Assembly: GCA_026396805.1 (NCBI GenBank) | Contig: JAPLVZ010000011.1 | Location: 54,135-118,134 of the forward strand | Direction: 5' to 3' | From: Candidatus Falkowbacteria bacterium | GTDB lineage: Bacteria > Patescibacteriota > Patescibacteriia > Patescibacteriales > UBA12465 | Length of the DNA: 64,000 bases | In this document: positions 34,055 through 43,212 of the stretch, one piece after another | Position numbering within the stretch: position 1 is the first letter of the stretch | Layout: each line of letters opens with the position of its first letter | Program-made: the position numbers and the translations under genes | Notes under the pieces: model-generated | What the model saw: only the letters and a program-made list of their open reading frames with translations | What the model was told of the DNA's origin: nothing | The model's database searches: none

Positions 34055-34978
34055 TTACCAACTCCCCGACGAGCCGCCGCCGCCGGACATACCTCCGCCG
34101 AAACCGCCAAAACCGCCTCCTCCGCCTCCGCCGAAGCCGCCCTTGCCGCCGCCGCCAAAAAACCAGAGATTATTTCGCCCCTTCTTAATCAGCCCGGGCT
34201 GAGGAAGGACGCGAGAAACCAGGAAATCTAATAATAAACCAAATCCGCCTAAAATCACCGGTAAGATTATCAAGACCAGTAAAATTCTGAAGAAAATGAG
34301 AGCGATAATTAATCCAATAACCCCGCCGATAACCCCGCCCTGCCACCAGCTTTTACTCTTGGCTAAAAAGCGCCAGAGCGCCGATACCAAATAAAATAAA
34401 ATAAGAATAATAAAAAATACCGCGTCAAAACTTAAATGCTTCATAAATCCGAGAGCGGAGTTAGAAGCGCCGGCATCAGCCTCGGCGCTATATTCGCCCT
34501 TGGTCGCGGCGATTATCTCATCGGTCGCTTTATCAACCCCGCCGTAATAATCATTATTTAGGAAAGCCGGCTTTAAAGTTTTAGTGATAATCTGATTGGT
34601 GGTCGCATCCGGCAAAGCGCCTTCCAGACCATAACCGGTTTCAATGCGCATCCGCCGGTCGTCGGTCGCGATTAGCAATAAGACGCCGTTATCTTTTTTC
34701 TCCTTCCCGATACCCCAATCCGCGAATAATTTATTGGCGAAATTTTCAATCGTATCACCTTCCAAGCTCTTAATGATTACGACCGCGATTTCACTAGAAG
34801 TCGTGGCGTTAAACTGGCTTAATTTATTTTCCAAAGCGCTAACTTGAGTCGCGTCCAAAACTCCGGCATAATCACCAACAAAAGCGGCCGGTTTCCCCGG
34901 GTTATAATAAGCCCGAGCCGAAAAGCCGACCGCCAAAAATAAAGCTAAACTGAAGATTATCAGCGCGCGACGCCACAT
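34055..34978 (-). CDS. TPM-domain protein (YgcG-like) with Gly-rich C-terminus
   Basis: 307 aa. AVVIIKSLEGDTIENFANKLFADWGIGKEKKDNGVLLLIATDDRRMRIETGYGLEGALPD, TM segments, and a GGGGKGGFGGGGGGGFGGFGGG tail. Confidence 0.85.
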   Translation of the reverse strand: MWRRALIIFSLALFLAVGFSARAYYNPGKPAAFVGDYAGVLDATQVSALENKLSQFNATTSSEIAVVIIKSLEGDTIENFANKLFADWGIGKEKKDNGVLLLIATDDRRMRIETGYGLEGALPDATTNQIITKTLKPAFLNNDYYGGVDKATDEIIAATKGEYSAEADAGASNSALGFMKHLSFDAVFFIILILFYLVSALWRFLAKSKSWWQGGVIGGVIGLIIALIFFRILLVLIILPVILGGFGLLLDFLVSRVLPQPGLIKKGRNNLWFFGGGGKGGFGGGGGGGFGGFGGGMSGGGGSSGSW

Positions 34979-35036
34979 AAGCGGATAATAAATTTCTTTT
35001 TTATAAGTAGCTTTCTTCTTTACAATTAAGCCTTCT

Positions 35037-35606
35037 TTATATAGTCAAATCCAACTTAACCGGCGGGACAATAGCGGCGGCCGGCGCAACCTCAAAATAA
35101 GTCTTAGCCGAGAAACCGTACATACCGGCAATCAAATTAGTCGGTAAGCGTTTGATCAGCACGTTAAAGTTCTTAACCTCTTCATTAAAACGGCTGCGTT
35201 CCACGCTGATACGATTTTCCGTGCCCTCCAGCTGCACCATCAAAGTTTGAACGGTTTCAATGGATTTAAGCTGCGGATAATTTTCCATGATGGCCAATAA
35301 GCGTCCGAAAGCGCTTTCTACTTGAGTCGCGGCCGCGGCTTTTTCATTGACAGTCGTCGCGCCGCTATAATTCGCGCGCGCGTCGGCTAAAGCGCCGAAG
35401 ACGGACTGCTCTTGAGTCATCGCGCCTTTAACGGAACTGACGAGGTTAGGAATCAAATCAAAGCGTCTCTGATATTGGGTCTCGACTTGCGCCCATTGAT
35501 TATCTACTCCTTCATTCGCGGTTACCAGGCGATTATAAGAAGTCCAAAGCCAAACGCCGACTATCACGACGACGGCGATAATGATAAGCCAAATTGTTTT
35601 TTTCAT
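35037..35606 (-). CDS. lemA: LemA family protein
   Basis: 189 aa. N-terminal TM plus QWAQVETQYQRRFDLIPNLV..YPQLKS. Shows the conserved LemA-TPM gene pairing. Confidence 0.9.
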   Translation of the reverse strand: MKKTIWLIIIAVVVIVGVWLWTSYNRLVTANEGVDNQWAQVETQYQRRFDLIPNLVSSVKGAMTQEQSVFGALADARANYSGATTVNEKAAAATQVESAFGRLLAIMENYPQLKSIETVQTLMVQLEGTENRISVERSRFNEEVKNFNVLIKRLPTNLIAGMYGFSAKTYFEVAPAAAIVPPVKLDLTI

Positions 35607-35714
35607 ATCATTGTTGATTAAGTTAATAAAAAGCGTCTAACAACGCTTTTAAAGCTAAAAATATTATAGCACAAAAAACAGAAATTCACAATAATTAATT
35701 TAAGCGCGAGTACC

Positions 35715-37499
35715 TTAGCGCTTGGATCTGACGCGATCATTCTCCGTTAAAAACTGCTTGCGCAAGCGGATATTTTTAGGAGTAATTTCCAAGTATTCGT
35801 CCTCGTTCATAACACTTAAAGCGCGCTCTAAGCTTAACTCCAACGGCGGAGTGAGAATAATCGCTTCATCGGAGCCGGAGGCGCGGACATTGGTCAGTTG
35901 CTTTCCTTTGATCGGGTTGACGGTCATATCGTTACCCTTGGTAACATTACCGATAACCATGCCTTCATAAACTTCCACGTTCGGGGCGATATATAAACTG
36001 CCGCGGTCTTGTAAGTTCCATAAGGAAAAAGCCAAGGCCTTGCCGGTCATCATGGAAACCATGGAACCTAGGTGGCTCTTTTCAATTTCACCGGCGTAAG
36101 GCTTGAAACCGGCGAAATGCGTGCATAAAATTCCTTCACCGCGCGTATCCACTACGAATTCATTGCGGTAGCCGAGCAAACCGCGAGTCGGGATTTCAAA
36201 AATCAAACGCGCTTGGCCGTTGTGATTTCTCATATCCTCCAGTCGTCCTTTACGTTTTGAAATCTTCTCCATAACCACGCCGGTCTGGGCTTCCGGAATA
36301 TCAATCGTTATTTCTTCATACGGTTCAAGTTTCACGCCATTTTCTTCTCTGATAATAACCTGGGGCTGGGAAACCTGGAGTTCATAATTTTCCCGGCGCA
36401 AATTTTCCAAAAGGATGGCGATATGGAGTTCGCCGCGACCGAAAACTTTATAAGAATTAGTTTCGGAAAAATCAATTTTCAAACCGACATTAACTTCCAG
36501 TTCTTTCTCCAAGCGTTCCTTGATTTGGCGGTTAGTGACAAATTTCCCTTCCCGGCCCGCGAAGGGAGAATTGTTAATCAAAAAATTCAAGGAAATGGTC
36601 GGTTCATCTATCTTAATCGCCGGTAAAGGAGACTGCTCGGCCGCTTCGGCGATAGTTTCACCGATATAAATATCGGACAAACCCGCGACCATAACGATAT
36701 CGCCGGCTACGGCTTCGGTCACTTCCTGACGGCTGATACCTTTAAAGGTAAATAACTTGGTTGTTTTTCTCTGACGCGTTTCACCGCTGAGATTTTCAAT
36801 AAAGACGGTTTGCGCGGCCTTGATTTTTCCTTGATAAACGCGGCAAATCGCCAAACGTCCCAAAAAATTATCATAAGCCAGATTGAAGGGCTGGGCCAAT
36901 AATTGTTTGGTTTCCAACTCCGGGTTGGAGGCCGGACGGACATGCTCTAAAATCAAATCCAAAAGCGGAGACAGAGAATCGGATTCGTCGCTTAAATTGC
37001 GCTTGGCAAAACCTTTTTTCGCGGCGCCGTAGATAACCGGAAAATCTAGTTGTTCGTCGGTCGCTCCCAAATCCAAAAATAATTCATAAACCATTTCCGC
37101 CACCGCTTCACAACGCGCGGCCGGCTTATCGATTTTATTGATAACCACAATCGGTTTTAGCCCGAGTTCCAAAGATTTTTTCAAAACGAATTTAGTTTGC
37201 GGCATCGGCCCTTCCTGGGCGTCAACGAGCAACAGGACGCAATCAATGGAACGCAGGATGCGCTCCACTTCCGAACTGAAATCGGCATGTCCCGGAGTAT
37301 CAACGATATTGATTTTTGTTTCACGATAAAAGACCGAAGTATTTTTGGAATAAATCGTAATTCCCCGCTCTTTTTCCAGGTCATTACTGTCCATGCTGAC
37401 GCTGCCGTCGTTCATGCCGGTCTGGCGCATCAAAGCATCGGTCAAAGTTGTTTTGCCATGGTCAACGTGGGCGATAATGGCGATGTTTCTGATTTCCAT
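35715..37499 (-). CDS. typA: translational GTPase TypA/BipA
   Basis: 594 aa. [35 protein letters not shown]. Confidence 0.94.
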   Translation of the reverse strand: MEIRNIAIIAHVDHGKTTLTDALMRQTGMNDGSVSMDSNDLEKERGITIYSKNTSVFYRETKINIVDTPGHADFSSEVERILRSIDCVLLLVDAQEGPMPQTKFVLKKSLELGLKPIVVINKIDKPAARCEAVAEMVYELFLDLGATDEQLDFPVIYGAAKKGFAKRNLSDESDSLSPLLDLILEHVRPASNPELETKQLLAQPFNLAYDNFLGRLAICRVYQGKIKAAQTVFIENLSGETRQRKTTKLFTFKGISRQEVTEAVAGDIVMVAGLSDIYIGETIAEAAEQSPLPAIKIDEPTISLNFLINNSPFAGREGKFVTNRQIKERLEKELEVNVGLKIDFSETNSYKVFGRGELHIAILLENLRRENYELQVSQPQVIIREENGVKLEPYEEITIDIPEAQTGVVMEKISKRKGRLEDMRNHNGQARLIFEIPTRGLLGYRNEFVVDTRGEGILCTHFAGFKPYAGEIEKSHLGSMVSMMTGKALAFSLWNLQDRGSLYIAPNVEVYEGMVIGNVTKGNDMTVNPIKGKQLTNVRASGSDEAIILTPPLELSLERALSVMNEDEYLEITPKNIRLRKQFLTENDRVRSKR

Positions 37500-37616
37500 A
37501 TCAACAGGCTAAAATCTAATAAAATAAAAAAATTACGCACCCGACGTAATTTAAATTAGGTCTTTTTTGATATTACCTTATTTTTTGATAACAGTCAAGC
37601 GAAATTAATGAATTCT

Positions 37617-39071
37617 CTATAATTTTCCCAAATCCAGCTCCTCGGTTATCCGTATTTCCTTGACGAACTCCGGCATATGGCTGACCATAATTATCGGGCC
37701 GTGATAGGCGTTAATGGCCGCGGCGATAATCGGAATATGGCGGAAATTAATATGGTTAGTCGGCTCGTCTAAAATCAGGATTCCCGGCCGCATCAAGACC
37801 AAGCGCGCGAAGGCGAGCAGACCCTTCTGCCCTTCCGACAAATCCCCGACCTTATGGCCCATTAAATCGCCGGTAATTAAAAACCCCGCAGCCGTGGAAC
37901 GAAGTTCCTGTTCTCCTAGACCGTCCGCCAGCGCGCCTTTAAGCGAATTAAAAACCGTCTCCTCAAAATTAAGAGTGGAAAAATCCTGGCTGTAATAACC
38001 GACGCGAACATTCTTGGCAATGCTCTGCCCTTCCTGTTTTCCGCTGACCAGCGAGCGCAGGAGCGTGCTCTTGCCGATGCCGTTGGGTCCGACAACGAGC
38101 AGGCGATCTTTTTTGCGCAGCACTTTATCGATGTTTTTAAATATCGGCTCATGATTTTTAATGACCCGAATTTTTTTCAGAATCACGATTTCCCCGCTCA
38201 ATTCTTCTTGGACCGGAATCTCAAAATCTCTGATTGTCTTATCTTCCCGGCGGACATCAACCATATTTTCTTCCAGGTCTTCGGTTTCGTCTTTCAGTTT
38301 CTTCGCCAGCTTGCGCATCTTCCCGCCTTTATGAGCGAAAAAATTAACTTTTTCTTTGCGGTCCTGGATTTGTTTTTCCAGTTGCGCGTTCTCGCGCTGT
38401 TCGCGTTCCACGCGGCGGCCGATTTCTTCCACGACGGAATAATAATCGCCGACGTACATTTCGGTTTGATGGGTAAAATTATTGAGATAGATGACGCCTT
38501 CGGTAAAGCAGTTTAAAAAATCGGCGTCATGAGAAATAACCAAAACGGTTTTATCGTACATGACTAAAAAAGTAATGAGATGGTCAATGCCGTCCTTATC
38601 CAGATTATTGGTCGGTTCGTCCAGTAACAAAATATCCGGATCCTGAACCAGCGCGTAAGCCAATAGAAGGCGCGCTTGCTGGCCGCCGGAAAGGCCGCCA
38701 ACCCGGCGATCCAGAGGAATATTAAAATTAACCGCATCCAGAGCTTTGCTTATCCGACTTTTGATGTTTCCCGGCACGGGTGAAAAAGCCCGTGAAAAAT
38801 AGGCTTCCACGCTCAATTCAAAATATTCGCGCGCCATGGTCTGGCTGGCCGCGCCGATAGTCGCGTTGTTAGCGGCAGAAATCTGGCCGCTCTTCGGAGT
38901 CAGTTCTTTTTTTATCAACCCGAAAATCGTGCTCTTACCAGAACCGTTCTGGCCCATTAAGGTTATTTTCGCGCCTTTCCGCACGCTAAAACAAGCCTCA
39001 TTTAAAATCGGCGTCTTATGGAGATATTCAAATTTGACGTTATCAAATCTTAAAACTACTTCTTCGGCCAT
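37617..39071 (-). CDS. ABC-F family ATPase (two ABC domains, no TM domain)
   Basis: 484 aa. Walker A GQNGSGKST and GPNGIGKST; signatures LSGGQQARL and LSEGQKGLL; charged inter-domain linker. Confidence 0.88.
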   Translation of the reverse strand: MAEEVVLRFDNVKFEYLHKTPILNEACFSVRKGAKITLMGQNGSGKSTIFGLIKKELTPKSGQISAANNATIGAASQTMAREYFELSVEAYFSRAFSPVPGNIKSRISKALDAVNFNIPLDRRVGGLSGGQQARLLLAYALVQDPDILLLDEPTNNLDKDGIDHLITFLVMYDKTVLVISHDADFLNCFTEGVIYLNNFTHQTEMYVGDYYSVVEEIGRRVEREQRENAQLEKQIQDRKEKVNFFAHKGGKMRKLAKKLKDETEDLEENMVDVRREDKTIRDFEIPVQEELSGEIVILKKIRVIKNHEPIFKNIDKVLRKKDRLLVVGPNGIGKSTLLRSLVSGKQEGQSIAKNVRVGYYSQDFSTLNFEETVFNSLKGALADGLGEQELRSTAAGFLITGDLMGHKVGDLSEGQKGLLAFARLVLMRPGILILDEPTNHINFRHIPIIAAAINAYHGPIIMVSHMPEFVKEIRITEELDLGKL

Positions 39072-39168
39072 ACGGATAAGGGCTAATAAAAAAATAACAA
39101 TTAAATCTTATAAGAAAAAACCCCTGCTGTAAAGGCGAGGGGTTGTTAAGGATGGCAGGACGTCAATT

Positions 39169-39615
39169 TTATTTCTTCTTTCCCGGTTTCGAGTATTTCA
39201 TCCTACGGATGAATTTACGAACCCAGAGGGGGTTCGCTTCGGAAACAAGCCGGACGCCGTATTTTACTAGGTCTTCAGGATTTATTACACCGTCTCCATA
39301 ATAATGAGGACGAGTCTCGTCCTGTGCCCAGAACCAGTTTTGAGGCAAAACATTATTCAAGGTAATCGGGTCGGGAAAATGACCCAAATAAATAGCATAT
39401 GTCCCTGAATAAGCATTGTTATTAAGAATCATAAAATCGCCAAATTTTAATTTTAGAACTGGATTCTTTGTTTCTTCCGCGGTGATAATCGCAAAATCCT
39501 GATCTGACGTCTGAATTTTGAAACAATTTAAACCCTTTCGTTCTATCCGTTGAACAGCTATGTCCATTAGCGATTCATGAATCTTTTCTCTGGTGGTCTC
39601 TTCAGTTTTCTTCAT
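39169..39615 (-). CDS. hypothetical protein
   Basis: 148-aa ORF with no recognisable motif. Confidence 0.5.
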   Translation of the reverse strand: MKKTEETTREKIHESLMDIAVQRIERKGLNCFKIQTSDQDFAIITAEETKNPVLKLKFGDFMILNNNAYSGTYAIYLGHFPDPITLNNVLPQNWFWAQDETRPHYYGDGVINPEDLVKYGVRLVSEANPLWVRKFIRRMKYSKPGKKK

Positions 39616-39718
39616 CTTAGATCGATTTTTTTCGTGTTATTTAAGAACTATGGTTATATTAATACATATTATGGTATATGTCAATACACAGATTATTCGC
39701 TATTTTACGTGTTTTTTA

Positions 39719-39755
39719 ATAAAAAACCGTTTCTTTTAAAATTTAAGAAACGGTT
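39719..39755 (-). terminator. intrinsic terminator (perfect 11-bp stem)
   Basis: AACCGTTTCTT (39725-39735) / AAGAAACGGTT (39745-39755). The minus-strand read is followed by TTTTTTATT. Confidence 0.75.
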
Positions 39756-39783
39756 ACGACTTAAAAATTTATGCCTTAAAGAT

Positions 39784-40464
39784 TTACGTAGTAGAACTGG
39801 TCAAATTTTTCAACCGGCGCCTTTTCCGTTTCAGACGATTTAACATCGCGACATTGTTGGGTTTGCCGGCCCTTTTCCGACCCTCACGATATTTTCTCCT
39901 AACTTTGCGTCTCTTTTTCACAAACGCGAAAGCCTTTGGCGGCATACCGATATCCCAATCCTCAAAAATTGACTTATATGAATGGTGATTACTTCTGTAA
40001 TCACAGCGCCAATACCGAGATTTTATCGCCCAGCCATAGGCTATTTTCATATAACGCTGGCATTCCCGGCAAGTCGGACGATTAATAACCCGCCATCTAG
40101 CTATCCAGGCCAGACGAACCAACGTTATTAAAAAATTTTTGGTTCGCATTAGCGGATGCGCAAAATAGCGAGCTTGGCCGGCTTGAGTAATTAAGATCCA
40201 GCCAGAGGCGGTAGCGCGAGATTTTTGTTCTTGGCTCAAATAAGTCGTCCAGGCAAAAACTTTTAGATCATTCGGTTTGTCCGGCCTATCGGCGCTATAG
40301 ACAAAAGCTGTTGACCTGCCCGCGCTGGAACTCGACGGTTTAAAATCGGAGCGCTCGAGAGCCGCAGTAAATTCCTCGTTCGTGAGCTCTCTGAATTCTA
40401 AAGCAAGAATCTTTTCCTTAAAGTCGGCAAAAGACTTTTCATCAGGCAGTACTTGACGTGGCAT
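39784..40464 (-). CDS. hypothetical protein with Cys-cluster (zinc-ribbon-like) and highly basic C-terminal tail
   Basis: 226 aa. CRECQRYM..WRCDYRSNHH, and tail KKRRKVRRKYREGRKRAGK..KRKRRRLK. Confidence 0.55.
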   Translation of the reverse strand: MPRQVLPDEKSFADFKEKILALEFRELTNEEFTAALERSDFKPSSSSAGRSTAFVYSADRPDKPNDLKVFAWTTYLSQEQKSRATASGWILITQAGQARYFAHPLMRTKNFLITLVRLAWIARWRVINRPTCRECQRYMKIAYGWAIKSRYWRCDYRSNHHSYKSIFEDWDIGMPPKAFAFVKKRRKVRRKYREGRKRAGKPNNVAMLNRLKRKRRRLKNLTSSTT

Positions 40465-40609
40465 TACGCTGTCCCTCCTTAGACAATTTGTATATTTTAG
40501 TTAATACTATTTTTAAAGTTCAATGCGCTTATCTTAGGATAATTATTGTATTATGTCAATAGATTACTAAAGATTGATAAAAGCCTAAAATTAGCCTATT
40601 ATTAATAAT

Positions 40610-41110
40610 ATGCAAACTCCCTATCGAAAAAAAGAAACTTATATCCGGCCCAAAGCCGACCCGAATATCACGCCTGAAAAATTCGCGGCTTTAGGTGTGA
40701 AACTGAAGCGAATGAAAGAAATTGACCGCCCCCGCTTAAGTGAGGAAACTAAACGCTTAGCCGCAATGGGTGATTTCTCGGAAAATGCCGGTTATCAACT
40801 GGCTAAGAGTCGCTTGCGCGGTCTTAACCAGCGCATTTTAGACAGCGAAGATTTATTGAAACGAGCGGAAATAATCGCGCCTAATCCGGATAAAAATTCT
40901 ATCGGACTAGGCCATAGCGTGACGGTGGAAGTTAATGGCCGAATAAAAACTTATCAGATACTCGGTTCAACCGAAACCAATCCTATGAGCGGAGTCATCT
41001 CCTATAGTTCCCCGCTCGGCGCGGCCTTGCTCGGCCATAAAGTCGGCGATATCGTCTCCGTCGCCCTTAGCGACCGCGTCGCTCGGTATAAGATTATCGC
41101 GATTGATTGA
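40610..41110 (+). CDS. greA: transcription elongation factor GreA family
   Basis: 166 aa. GDFSENAGYQLAK in the coiled-coil and a C-terminal FKBP-like SYSSPLGAALLGHKVGDIVSV. Confidence 0.88.
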   Translation: MQTPYRKKETYIRPKADPNITPEKFAALGVKLKRMKEIDRPRLSEETKRLAAMGDFSENAGYQLAKSRLRGLNQRILDSEDLLKRAEIIAPNPDKNSIGLGHSVTVEVNGRIKTYQILGSTETNPMSGVISYSSPLGAALLGHKVGDIVSVALSDRVARYKIIAID

Positions 41111-41156
41111 GCTCCGCTCTTTCAATCATCTCTTTTAATCATCATTCCGATTTATA

Positions 41157-41184
41157 TTGACATAACCGGAGTATTTGCTAGAAT
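41157..41184 (+). promoter_or_regulatory. promoter TTGACA-16-TAGAAT upstream of the GIY-YIG/tRNA-Asn unit
   Basis: TTGACA 41157-41162, TAGAAT 41179-41184. Confidence 0.55.
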
Positions 41185-41249
41185 ATAAACATAAAATGTT
41201 TTTAAAGCATTTTTGTTTTTTGAAGGGAGCGCGGAAGCGTTTCCTAAAC

Positions 41250-41297
41250 AATTTAATATTCCCGGGTAGCGCTCCGCCAGCTGGCGGAGGTAGCGCA
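41250..41297 (+). repeat. upstream partial copy of tRNA-Asn 5' flank + acceptor/D-arm, interrupted by an 18-nt perfect palindrome
   Basis: AATTTAATA-TTCCCGGGTAGCGC-[CTCCGCCAGCTGGCGGAG]-GTAGCGCA. It matches 41537-41573, where the bracketed part is AGCG. Confidence 0.85.
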
Positions 41298-41302
41298 TTT
41301 AT

Positions 41303-41569
41303 ATGTATTATGTCTATGCTCTATACAACGAGCGCAATAATAAAATATATATAGGTCAAACCTGTGATTTAGAAAAGAGGCTGATTTTACATAATAGTAA
41401 AATTATAAAGAAATCATACACCTTTCGATTTAATGGTTCTTGGGATATAGTTTATAAAGAAGAGGTTAAAGATAGAACGTCCGCCTTAACTAGAGAAAAA
41501 CAATTAAAAAGTTATCAAGGCAGAATATTTATTAAAAATTTAATACATTCCCGGGTAGCGCAGCGGTAG
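41303..41569 (+). CDS. GIY-YIG nuclease family protein (stand-alone URI domain)
   Basis: 88 aa. YYVYALYNERNNKIYIGQTCDLEKRLILHN..REKQLK. The last 7 codons and the TAG stop lie inside the tRNA-Asn gene (41549-41569). Confidence 0.8.
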   Translation: MYYVYALYNERNNKIYIGQTCDLEKRLILHNSKIIKKSYTFRFNGSWDIVYKEEVKDRTSALTREKQLKSYQGRIFIKNLIHSRVAQR

Positions 41570-41860
41570 CGCAGTTGGCTGTGAACACATTAGTTCTAAA
41601 CGCAGCTTCCTCAAGTAATTGAGGTCGAATAACGAGGTGAATTGCTGGAAGTCTAAATCCGTGAGGATAAGATAATCAGCAGCCAAGCCCTGATTTTCAG
41701 GGAAGGTTCAGAGACTATCCCGTAAGGGAGTACTTCTCTAATTCTTAGAGCAGGAAGCGCCTCGCATCCATTTCAATGGATGATGATATAGTCCACCCCA
41801 CTTGGAAACTAGTGGATAAGTGTAACCAATTGGTCGTCGGTTCGAATCCGACCCCGGGAG
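41549..41860 (+). tRNA. tRNA-Asn(GUU) interrupted by a group I intron (exons 41549-41582 and 41823-41860)
   Basis: - Acceptor TCCCGGG/CCCGGGA, discriminator G.
- D arm GCGC-AGCGGTA-GCGC.
- Anticodon stem GTTGG/CCAAT; spliced loop CTGT|TAA.
- T arm GTCGG-TTCGAAT-CCGAC.
- CCA not encoded. Confidence 0.8.
41583..41822 (+). ncRNA. group I intron (240 nt, ORF-less) in the anticodon loop
   Basis: - Conserved core: GCAGCCAAGCCC (41679-41690), GTTCAGAGACTA (41706-41717), GATATAGTCC (41785-41794).
- IGS GCAGCT (41602-41607) pairs with exon GGCTGT, giving U.G at the splice site.
- The intron ends in G.
- GTAA-tetraloop hairpins are present. Confidence 0.85.
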
Positions 41861-42086
41861 CAAGCATAAAATAGGCTAATATTAGCCTATTTTTTGTTAT
41901 AAAAAAGTAAAATATACTGTCTAAAATATCAAAGTGTGACGTTATTGTGACATAAAATAGATATTTTTTAAGTGAATAAAAATATCTGTTAAATGAGTCA
42001 GGCGGGCTCTCTTGACAAAAAAGAATGCATATTGTATTATTTTTTGATAGTTAAAATCATATTGTTGAACCTTAAAAATATAGAAA

Positions 42087-42386
42087 ATGAAAAAATATTG
42101 TTTAGGCAATCAGCCAGAAGAATATGAGTTAAGGGAAGATTATTTGGGATGGCTTCCAGAGAATGATGAAGATTGGGGGGATCTGTGTTTGGAATTTATC
42201 AAAAATACAGAATTAATAATCGTTAATCCCCAAAAAACTAAGAAAACTCTTTTCTTTCATAATTTCATCATCAAAGATGCCTTTCCGATGAGTTTTTACG
42301 GAGAAGAGAGGTCAAAAAAATGGAATAATTTTGCCATCGTTTCGGAAACTGAAACTTCGGAAAAATTCATTATCCCCTTGTATTAA
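42087..42386 (+). CDS. hypothetical protein
   Basis: 99-aa ORF in a very AT-rich segment. Confidence 0.45.
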   Translation: MKKYCLGNQPEEYELREDYLGWLPENDEDWGDLCLEFIKNTELIIVNPQKTKKTLFFHNFIIKDAFPMSFYGEERSKKWNNFAIVSETETSEKFIIPLY

Positions 42387-42678
42387 AATCCTATTAAAAA
42401 ACTAAATAAGGAGAAAATACAAAAAACCCTGAAACTGTTTTAGTTCCGGGGTTTTTAATTTGTCTAAACTAATTCTTACAACAAAAAATACGTTAAACAG
42501 TTCGGTAAATATGTAATCCGCGGAGCGAAGCTTGACAGAAATATAGCTATTATGCTATATTTTTGTGTTATGCAGCACTTTAACAAAACTAACTTTTAGT
42601 TAATATTTGTTGGATTATCTAAACCTCTTTATTGGGGGTTAAGATAATCCAATCAATACTAATTTAAAAAATCAAAGA

Positions 42679-43140
42679 ATGAAAAATTTATTAATTGTTT
42701 TCGCAGTAGTGACGTTAAGCGCCTGCAACCAGCACTCCCCATCAAAATATCCGGCCGTTACTTCAGCCGATATGGATATCGTCGCAAGAAAAATGCAAGA
42801 TGGGAGTTTGCCCAAAGCATCCGGGTATGACGGCTCTATGTATTTTGCGAATTTACCGGATAATGTATTATCCGGGCCTTATTTGACTTTTCTAAGATCA
42901 AATAAGGGGGGCATTTTCCGTATTGAGGTAACGACCACCATTAAGGGTCCTGGTGCGGGAACAAGAATAGATGTTGACTCCGCCGGCAGAATAATAAGAG
43001 CCTGGGGTTATTCTAGGCCTTCTATGAATTATTACTCGGAAGTATGGCCAGAAAAGTCTTTCGCTAGCACAAAAGCTGTCAACTTTTATGTTGACCTGCA
43101 AAGAGCTGTAATTAATTATATTAAAAATTACAGCGAATAA
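42679..43140 (+). CDS. hypothetical lipoprotein
   Basis: 153 aa with a lipobox signal MKNLLIVFAVVTLSAC. Confidence 0.65.
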   Translation: MKNLLIVFAVVTLSACNQHSPSKYPAVTSADMDIVARKMQDGSLPKASGYDGSMYFANLPDNVLSGPYLTFLRSNKGGIFRIEVTTTIKGPGAGTRIDVDSAGRIIRAWGYSRPSMNYYSEVWPEKSFASTKAVNFYVDLQRAVINYIKNYSE

Positions 43141-43152
43141 ACAATATATTTT

Positions 43153-43183
43153 AAAAAGGGGAACAATTCTTCCCCTTTTTTTA
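43153..43183 (+). terminator. intrinsic terminator
   Basis: AGGGGAA-CAATTC-TTCCCCT followed by a T-run. Confidence 0.7.
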
Positions 43184-43212
43184 TTTTTATCATCTTAAAT
43201 GTAGCCGAACTA

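Noticed and set aside
41270-41288. Dispersed palindromic element CGCTCCGCCA(A/G)CTGGCGGA shared with 24639-24657, with a similar hairpin in rnpB at ~11951-11966
   Set aside because: An 18/19 match between two sites is roughly what is expected once by chance among all position pairs in 64 kb on both strands. The rnpB copy is simply a ribozyme helix. This is not enough to call a repeat family without genome-wide counts.
41580-41825. Alternative anticodon assignments for the split tRNA: His(GTG) read-through or Thr(TGT) with the splice after U33
   Set aside because: - Only the U35|U36 junction gives a U.G pair with a 6-bp P1 (GGCTGT/GCAGCT) together with a terminal intron G.
- The U1:A72 and G73 features fit tRNA-Asn.
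- The His option lacks G-1 and leaves no exon-intron boundary.
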